Assembly: GCA_036803685.1 (NCBI GenBank)
Contig: DAIRTX010000001.1
Location: 6,766 to 70,765, forward strand
Source of the DNA: Verrucomicrobiota bacterium
GTDB taxonomy: Bacteria; Verrucomicrobiota; Verrucomicrobiia; Limisphaerales; UBA11358
DNA: 64,000 nt
Direction of reading: 5' to 3'
Shown here in pieces: positions 55,455 to 61,405 of the stretch. A program made the translations under genes and the position numbers. How positions within the stretch are numbered: the first letter of the stretch is position 1; every line of letters begins with the position of its first letter. The notes below the pieces were generated by a model. That model worked only from the letters and a program-made list of their open reading frames with translations. It was not told where the DNA came from and made no database searches.

Positions 55455-56761
55455 AAGGAATAGGCCAGGTCTTCAAACGAACGTTCCAGATAACGTTCGT
55501 AGTTGGACGCGTCCACAATATGCAATCGCGGCAAGTCGAAAACCATTTTGCAGCCGTTCTTCAGAAGCGCGATTTCATCGCGAATCACTTCCTTGCGGAA
55601 ATGCCAGATCAACACGAAGAGATATCCGGGATTCAGTTTCCGAAGTTTTTCGTGGGAAATAATTGGAATGCGGGTGCCCGGCGTGACCAAACCGTCCTTT
55701 TCAGGATTTCGATCTCCGATGGCAACCAAATCTGCGGCGCCGAGACCGCAGTAATTCAAAACTATATTACCTTTGGTCGAAGCGCCATAGCCATAGACCT
55801 TTTTGCCCGCCGCGTTCATCATTGAAAAAAAACCGCGCACGTCGTCCCGATGTGTGAGAATGCGATTGCGAAGCCGGGAAAAAGGCTCGTCGGTATCCAG
55901 TAAAGCCTCGTCGTCGAGCAGTTTTTTTATTTTTCCCATTTGAGGCTGATACGGCCCGTCCTCGCGACCGGCAATGATATAGAAACTTCCGCCGTTCATG
56001 TCGTTGAACGAAACGTCCAGAATTTTAAGTCCCGTTTTTTTCATCATCCAATCCATCTGCCGAAGACCAAGATAAGTGACATGCTCGTGACAGATTTGAT
56101 CGTAAGTGAGTTGTTTGAGCAACAACGGCAAATAGGATAGTTCCAATGCCCAGACACCATCTTTGGAAAGCAGCGCCCGAATATCGCGCATGAATTTCAT
56201 CGGTTCATCCAAATCGTAGAACATGGCGATTGAGGTGATGATTTTACAGCTTTTATCTCCGATAAGAGACCGCGCGCCTTTTTCAGAGAAGAAATCGTAA
56301 ACTGTCTTGATGTCCGGCTGGAAATGGCTCGCAAACTTTTTGCTGGATGGATCCATGCCGATGCGCATGAGACCGGCCTTCGATCCATAAGCATTCAAAA
56401 GAGTGCCGTCGTTGCAGCCGATGTCCAACACCACGTCGTCCGATTTCGGTTTGGCGAAATCAACGAGCGCGCGCACTTTGGATTCCAGATGCGAAACCAT
56501 CGTGGGACTGATTGAGGAATAGTATCCGTAAGTGGTGCCGTACATTTCGCTCAACTCGGCGGTGTGCAGAAGCTGAACCAGTCCGCAGGCTCCCGGTTTG
56601 GCCTGAACATCGCATCGAACCAATTTCAATGGAGAAATTGACGGATCCGGCGCGTCGGAACGCGGAAACACTCCGCTAAGCGGCTGATTTCCGAGATCAA
56701 TAATCTCTTTAAGATTTGGATTTCCACAAATTCGACAGTGAGTCCAGGTTTTTAACGGCAT
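55451..56761 (-). CDS. NDP-hexose C-methyltransferase (TylCIII-like; zinc-finger + SAM MT + C-methyltransferase C-terminal domain)
   Basis: N-terminal CRICGNPNLKEIIDLGNQPLSG, SAM motif VLDIGCNDGTLL, and a C-terminal domain with YGYGASTKGN. Confidence 0.88.
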   Translation of the reverse strand: MPLKTWTHCRICGNPNLKEIIDLGNQPLSGVFPRSDAPDPSISPLKLVRCDVQAKPGACGLVQLLHTAELSEMYGTTYGYYSSISPTMVSHLESKVRALVDFAKPKSDDVVLDIGCNDGTLLNAYGSKAGLMRIGMDPSSKKFASHFQPDIKTVYDFFSEKGARSLIGDKSCKIITSIAMFYDLDEPMKFMRDIRALLSKDGVWALELSYLPLLLKQLTYDQICHEHVTYLGLRQMDWMMKKTGLKILDVSFNDMNGGSFYIIAGREDGPYQPQMGKIKKLLDDEALLDTDEPFSRLRNRILTHRDDVRGFFSMMNAAGKKVYGYGASTKGNIVLNYCGLGAADLVAIGDRNPEKDGLVTPGTRIPIISHEKLRKLNPGYLFVLIWHFRKEVIRDEIALLKNGCKMVFDLPRLHIVDASNYERYLERSFEDLAYSL

Positions 56762-56805
56762 AAAAGGGTTTCAATCTATGGGTTGATCTTGGCAAATGGT
56801 CTGCA

Positions 56806-57801
56806 TCAAAATTGAGCCGCCAGATATTCGCGATACCACGCAATCGTTTCGTTCAATCCCTCTTCCAGCGTGTATTGCGGTTTCCATTTCAAAACGCGAT
56901 GCGCCTTTGTCGTGTTGAGATATTGCTCGCGAATTTCGCCGGTGGCGGTGTTTTGCACGTCGGGTTCGAGATGCTTGCAGTTCATCAATTGCTGAATCAC
57001 TTTGACGAGTCCGAGCACGGTCATGGGACGTTCGAGACTGAAGTTGAATGCCTGACCGGGCACTTTTTTGTCCGAGAGACATTCCGCGGCTCTCATATAG
57101 CAGCGGCTCACATCTTTGACGTAAATGTAATCGCGCACATATCGGCCGTCGCTGCGGATGACCGGTCGTTGATTGTTCAAAAAACAGCGAATCGCGTAAG
57201 GCACGATGCGGCTCCAGTTCAAATCGCCGCCGCCATAGATATTTCCGCAACGAAGAATCACGACGGGCAAACCGTAAGTATGATGATACGCCTGCGTGAT
57301 GAGGTCAGCGCAGCTTTTCGAGACTTCGTAGGGATGCTTGCCTTGCAGCGGCATGTCTTCAGTGTAAGGCAGGTGTTCGTGTTCGCCGTAAGCTTTGTCG
57401 CTTGAAGCGATGACAACGCGCTTCACGAGATCGGAATGAATGCGGCACGCTTCGAGCAAATTGTAAGTGCCGCTGACATTCGTTTCAAAAGTCGGCAATG
57501 GATAACGATGCGCGACATTCACGATCGGCTGGGCGGCCAGATGAAAAACCGTGTCCGCTTCATTTTCATTCAGTGCGCGTTCGAGACTCGAAAAATCCTC
57601 AACGTTTCCCTGCACGAGCGAAGTCTGCCGGTAATCGCCGGAGCGAAAAAAACCGGATTGCGGATCAGGATCGCGCACGAGTGCAATCACGCGCGCGCCG
57701 GATGCGATCAAATCTTTCACGAGCCAATAACCGACCATGCCCGTCGCGCCGGTCACGAACACACGGCGGTCGCGCCAAAAATTATTTTTGGATGTTTTCA
57801 T
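56806..57801 (-). CDS. rfbG: CDP-glucose 4,6-dehydratase-like enzyme
   Basis: FWRDRRVFVTGATGMVGYWL, SSDKAYGE, HPYEVSKSCADL, NIYGGGDLNWSRIVP. Start at 57801 gives an ATGA overlap with the rfbF stop. Confidence 0.82.
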   Translation of the reverse strand: MKTSKNNFWRDRRVFVTGATGMVGYWLVKDLIASGARVIALVRDPDPQSGFFRSGDYRQTSLVQGNVEDFSSLERALNENEADTVFHLAAQPIVNVAHRYPLPTFETNVSGTYNLLEACRIHSDLVKRVVIASSDKAYGEHEHLPYTEDMPLQGKHPYEVSKSCADLITQAYHHTYGLPVVILRCGNIYGGGDLNWSRIVPYAIRCFLNNQRPVIRSDGRYVRDYIYVKDVSRCYMRAAECLSDKKVPGQAFNFSLERPMTVLGLVKVIQQLMNCKHLEPDVQNTATGEIREQYLNTTKAHRVLKWKPQYTLEEGLNETIAWYREYLAAQF

Positions 57802-58586
57802 TTCCAGATTTTCCACGGGGCTTTGCCCGTCTTCCAGACATTGTTGAGGACTTCAAATTCATACGGCGTGTCCATGTGATGCCAATAGCCGTCGTGCTGG
57901 TAAATCATGAGTTCGCCGTCCACCGCCATGCGCTGCAACGGCTCGCGTTCAAGAATTAGATTTTCCTGATTGTTCAAGTAGCGGTCGAAGATGGACGCAT
58001 TGAATACGAAAAATCCGCCGTTGAGATAACCGCCGCTGAATTCCGGCTTTTCATTGAACTTCACAACCTTGTCGCCCTTGAGCACCAGATCGCCAAAACG
58101 CCCCGGCGGATGCGCGCCGGTCAATGTCCCAACTTTACCGTGCGATTTGTGAAATTGAATAAGCGCAGGAATGTCAATGTTCGCGACCCCATCGCCATAA
58201 GTCGCGCAAAAAATTCCTTCCGGCTCCAGATATTTCCGCGCGCGCCAGAGCCTCGCGCCGGTCATCGCATCTTCGCCCGTGTCCACGCACGTGATGCGCC
58301 ACGGCTCGGCGGACTGGCTGTGAAAGGCGACACGGTCGGGGCCGTTGCGGCTGAGGTCAACAGTGATGTCATTCGTCACTGCGGCAAAGTTAAGAAAAAA
58401 ATCGCGAATGTAATCACCCTTGTAGCCGAGCAGCAAAACAAATTCGTTAAAGCCATAAGCGCTATAAATTTTCATGATGTGCCACAAAATCGGGCGATTG
58501 CCAATCAGTGTCATCGGCTTGGGAAGAACATCGCTGACTTCACGGAAGCGCATGCCGCGGCCTCCGCATAGAATTGCAACTTTCAT
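57798..58586 (-). CDS. rfbF: Glucose-1-phosphate cytidylyltransferase
   Basis: MKVAILCGGRGMRFREVSDVLPKPMTLIGNRPILWHIMKIYSAYGF..FVLLLGYKG and the C-terminal WHHMDTPYEF/APWKIW are the RfbF signature. I prefer the start at 58586; the 38-codon extension is unsupported. Confidence 0.92.
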   Translation of the reverse strand: MKVAILCGGRGMRFREVSDVLPKPMTLIGNRPILWHIMKIYSAYGFNEFVLLLGYKGDYIRDFFLNFAAVTNDITVDLSRNGPDRVAFHSQSAEPWRITCVDTGEDAMTGARLWRARKYLEPEGIFCATYGDGVANIDIPALIQFHKSHGKVGTLTGAHPPGRFGDLVLKGDKVVKFNEKPEFSGGYLNGGFFVFNASIFDRYLNNQENLILEREPLQRMAVDGELMIYQHDGYWHHMDTPYEFEVLNNVWKTGKAPWKIWK

Positions 58587-58613
58587 TTTCAACGAAGATA
58601 CCGAATACTTGAC

Positions 58614-58642
58614 ATAGTATTCAATAACTAATGGGATTTCAA
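58614..58642 (-). promoter_or_regulatory. Candidate sigma70-type promoter for the rfbF operon
   Basis: On the minus strand: TTGAAA (58642-58637), a 17-nt spacer, then TACTAT (58619-58614), about 28 nt upstream of the rfbF ATG. Preceded by a weak hairpin plus T7 tract (58641-58665) that could terminate the upstream GT8 gene. Confidence 0.3.
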
Positions 58643-58684
58643 AAAAAGCAGCGCGCGGACGTTGCAGGAAGACCGACCGGTGGC

Positions 58685-59488
58685 TCACCCGACCGCCCAC
58701 GGTCTGAACTTGTTCCGTAACCGCCGCCAGAATTGCTCGCGGTTTGTCAGCGGACGCCCATCGGGTGGCAACCCGGGCAGCGCGGCACGGGGTTTTACCG
58801 GCAATATTTTTTTTGCCTCATCCATGCACGCGGCGTTGTGATAAATCATGACGCCATCCAGATGTTCGACCGTCGGCCAACCGCGCCGTCCGTTCTTGAA
58901 ATAGGCACGGAAATTGTATTGGCACGGCAAAATCCTGAGGCGGTCGAAGTATCTGGTCAGGATGACTTCGTTGAGACAGAGTTGATCGTCGGCCAGGGTG
59001 CGGAAATGGGATCGTCCGCGGGCGACGATTTCCGCGCGAATGTCCCGGCTGCGCGGCACATTCCAGAGACAAACGCCGCCGTTCAAAAAGTTCGCCGTGT
59101 AACCCGGCCCCAACACGTAGCGGCTGCCGTGATGTTCGACACAGGCGGCCACATCCGCATTGCCAAGCAATTGTTCAAACGGCGGCAGCGGCTGAAGACA
59201 CAGCACGTCAAAACTGTCTACCGTCATCACATAATCCACCCCCAGACCGTCGAGCACCTCCAGCCGGCGGTAATAAACCTCGCGTAACGGGTGTGAAAAA
59301 TCGGGCGAGGGAGCGAGCAGATGGTATTGGATGCCGGGAATCCGGCGCTGGGGCAGCTGCCCGCCAAGGATGAACGCATGCAACTCCGCGTTGGGACACC
59401 GGGCAAAGCTGGAGAACGTGTGGTCCAGATTTTCCGTGGCCTTGCCCATGGCCAGCGTGACCACGGCGGAGCGGGAAGATTGATTCAT
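58685..59488 (-). CDS. GT8-like glycosyltransferase (full-length copy A)
   Basis: 267 aa. AVVTLAMG, a DxD-like VDSFDV, FLNGGVCLWN, DDQLCLNEV and LPCQYNF match the GT8 (LPS glucosyl/galactosyltransferase-type) motif pattern. Confidence 0.78.
   Translation of the reverse strand: MNQSSRSAVVTLAMGKATENLDHTFSSFARCPNAELHAFILGGQLPQRRIPGIQYHLLAPSPDFSHPLREVYYRRLEVLDGLGVDYVMTVDSFDVLCLQPLPPFEQLLGNADVAACVEHHGSRYVLGPGYTANFLNGGVCLWNVPRSRDIRAEIVARGRSHFRTLADDQLCLNEVILTRYFDRLRILPCQYNFRAYFKNGRRGWPTVEHLDGVMIYHNAACMDEAKKILPVKPRAALPGLPPDGRPLTNREQFWRRLRNKFRPWAVG
58800..59270. repeat. 471-bp duplicated segment, copy A (pairs with 53815-54285)
   Basis: See 53815-54285. 459/471 identical, with no gaps. Confidence 0.9.
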
Positions 59489-59541
59489 ATGCGCGGTTGC
59501 TGACCTCGGATGTAGTTCAGAGGCGTATTATGACTGCACTG

Positions 59542-60315
59542 TCAACTCAGCTTTACAGCCAACCGGCCCGAAAAATCAAGTTTGATCAACAGTGGCACAA
59601 ATGTCTGCCTGGCAAAATAATCATCCACCGCCTTTCGACAGCCCCGCCAAAAGCCGTAATCGTCGATGATGAGCACGCCGTTGGAGCAGAGCAAGGGATA
59701 AAGATGCGTGAGTTCGTGATAAGTGGATTCATACCAATCAGTATCCAGTCGCAGAAGCGCGATTCTCTTGGGCATGGAAGCAGGCAGGGTATCCTCAACC
59801 CGGCCCTTGATGAAATGAATCTTGTCTTTGGGATAACCGGTGGAAAAAACATTCCTTTGCACGTCATTCAGCCCGGCGACACACCAATAGGAATGTCCCT
59901 CTTTATCATTTTCTGAAATCGCCAGGAGGTCTGCTGCACGTGTATGGTCATATGTTACATCTTTGTCGGTCGGGGGCGTCATGCCCTCATAAGTATCATA
60001 AAGATAAAAATGCCGCGAAGTATCGCCGAGTTGCAAAAGAGTCAACATTGCCGCCATCATGCTGCCCCCTCGCCAGACGCCACATTCCACAAAATCGCCC
60101 TCTATCCGGTTGTGGGAAAGGTATTTCACGGCATTGATCAGACCGCCAATGCGCTCGATCCCGGTGGCTGTGAAAGGTTTTACTTTGACCATGATTTCCA
60201 ATTCATCCGGGGTGTAATCTCCCCCTATTTTAACAATCTCATACCCAAAGAACCGAAAGAAACGGTGAATAGCTACTTGCACAGGGTCGAGAATAAAACG
60301 ATATCTTACATTCAT
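59542..60315 (-). CDS. TylF/MycF-family (macrocin-type) sugar O-methyltransferase
   Basis: GDFVECGVWRGGS, LYDTYEGM, and LRLDTDWYESTYHELTHLYPLLCSNGVLIIDDY are hallmark TylF motifs. Confidence 0.88.
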   Translation of the reverse strand: MNVRYRFILDPVQVAIHRFFRFFGYEIVKIGGDYTPDELEIMVKVKPFTATGIERIGGLINAVKYLSHNRIEGDFVECGVWRGGSMMAAMLTLLQLGDTSRHFYLYDTYEGMTPPTDKDVTYDHTRAADLLAISENDKEGHSYWCVAGLNDVQRNVFSTGYPKDKIHFIKGRVEDTLPASMPKRIALLRLDTDWYESTYHELTHLYPLLCSNGVLIIDDYGFWRGCRKAVDDYFARQTFVPLLIKLDFSGRLAVKLS

Positions 60316-60432
60316 TTTTAATGTCAGTTCATGTCAGTTCAAACCTAATACATAGGTAAAACCGGCGGTAATCAGCAAGTGGAAACTATCAAAGTTAAGA
60401 CCCTTTATTGACCGTTGATGTCGGATCCCATG

Positions 60433-61155
60433 TCAGTAAAGCTGGGTGGGAATTACGGATTCGGATGAATAGGTGGAATCTTTTTCCTTGGTCGCAGCCA
60501 CCACCACCGTGTACGCCCACGAAGGAAGGTATGTGGCCAGTGGCGACCAAAATTCTTCAATCTTGGGCAAGTAAAATGCGCTGCCTATGGCCCGCTCAAA
60601 CCGGAACCCATGGGCTTTCAACACGATCTTGATGGTGCGCAAGGTGAAGTCGCGGAAATGCGCCGAACGATAGCGCGCCGCATACATGGGCGGCAGGTCA
60701 AAAAACAGCATCATGCCCAGACCTAAAATTGTGCGGATGTTGGGAAATGTCAGCACCAATTTGCCGCCCGGCTTCAACACGCGGTTGATCTCAAACATCA
60801 ACCAGTCGGTGTCTACTTGATGTTCAATGGTTTCGCCACAGAAGATGGCGTCGAACTTGCCCGCCGGATACGGCAGTGGGCCACTCTCAAGGTTGTGGTG
60901 GACGGCATGAATCCCGTTTTTAATCGCACGTTCTACAAGACCGGGCGCTATGTCCACGCCGTGGATTTCGTGAACCTTCGTCAGGGGTCCCAAGATGTCG
61001 CCGCTGGCACAACCCACATCGAGGATCATTCTGCCCGCGGCCATCTCAGAAAAAATGCGCCTTACTTTTTGAACACGCCGACAAGAGGGATCGGGAGCGT
61101 ACCCTTCATGTCTTGTTCCCTCATTAAGCAACAATTGTAATTCATAACTTTTCAT
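60433..61155 (-). CDS. Class I SAM-dependent methyltransferase
   Basis: Motif I ILDVGCASGD, then FDAIFCGETIEH and LKPGGKLVL. Confidence 0.88.
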   Translation of the reverse strand: MKSYELQLLLNEGTRHEGYAPDPSCRRVQKVRRIFSEMAAGRMILDVGCASGDILGPLTKVHEIHGVDIAPGLVERAIKNGIHAVHHNLESGPLPYPAGKFDAIFCGETIEHQVDTDWLMFEINRVLKPGGKLVLTFPNIRTILGLGMMLFFDLPPMYAARYRSAHFRDFTLRTIKIVLKAHGFRFERAIGSAFYLPKIEEFWSPLATYLPSWAYTVVVAATKEKDSTYSSESVIPTQLY

Positions 61156-61405
61156 TACAGTCTTTTTGTGTTCTGTTCTTTTTGCTGTGGTGTGGGGTGA
61201 TGCTTTGTTGTTTTATATGTAAGTCAGTTGGAACATTTATGGAAGCTAAATCTTGTTGAAAATGAAGCCGCGAATAGCGCGCCTTGACAACTTTCCATAC
61301 TGCATCAAGAATTATGAGCTTAATTTCATTTGCCAGACGGGCGTATTTGCCACAGTGATGCTCGACCCGAATGCAGACTCGGTCGTATAATAATCCTTAT
61401 CATTT

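Noticed and set aside
61284-61391. Candidate promoters in the AT-rich 250-bp region upstream of the YfhO-like gene (TTGACA at about 61284; TATAAT at 61386-61391).
   Set aside because: The hexamers do not pair at canonical spacing. The TATAAT lies only 14 nt before the ATG. In AT-rich DNA such matches occur by chance.
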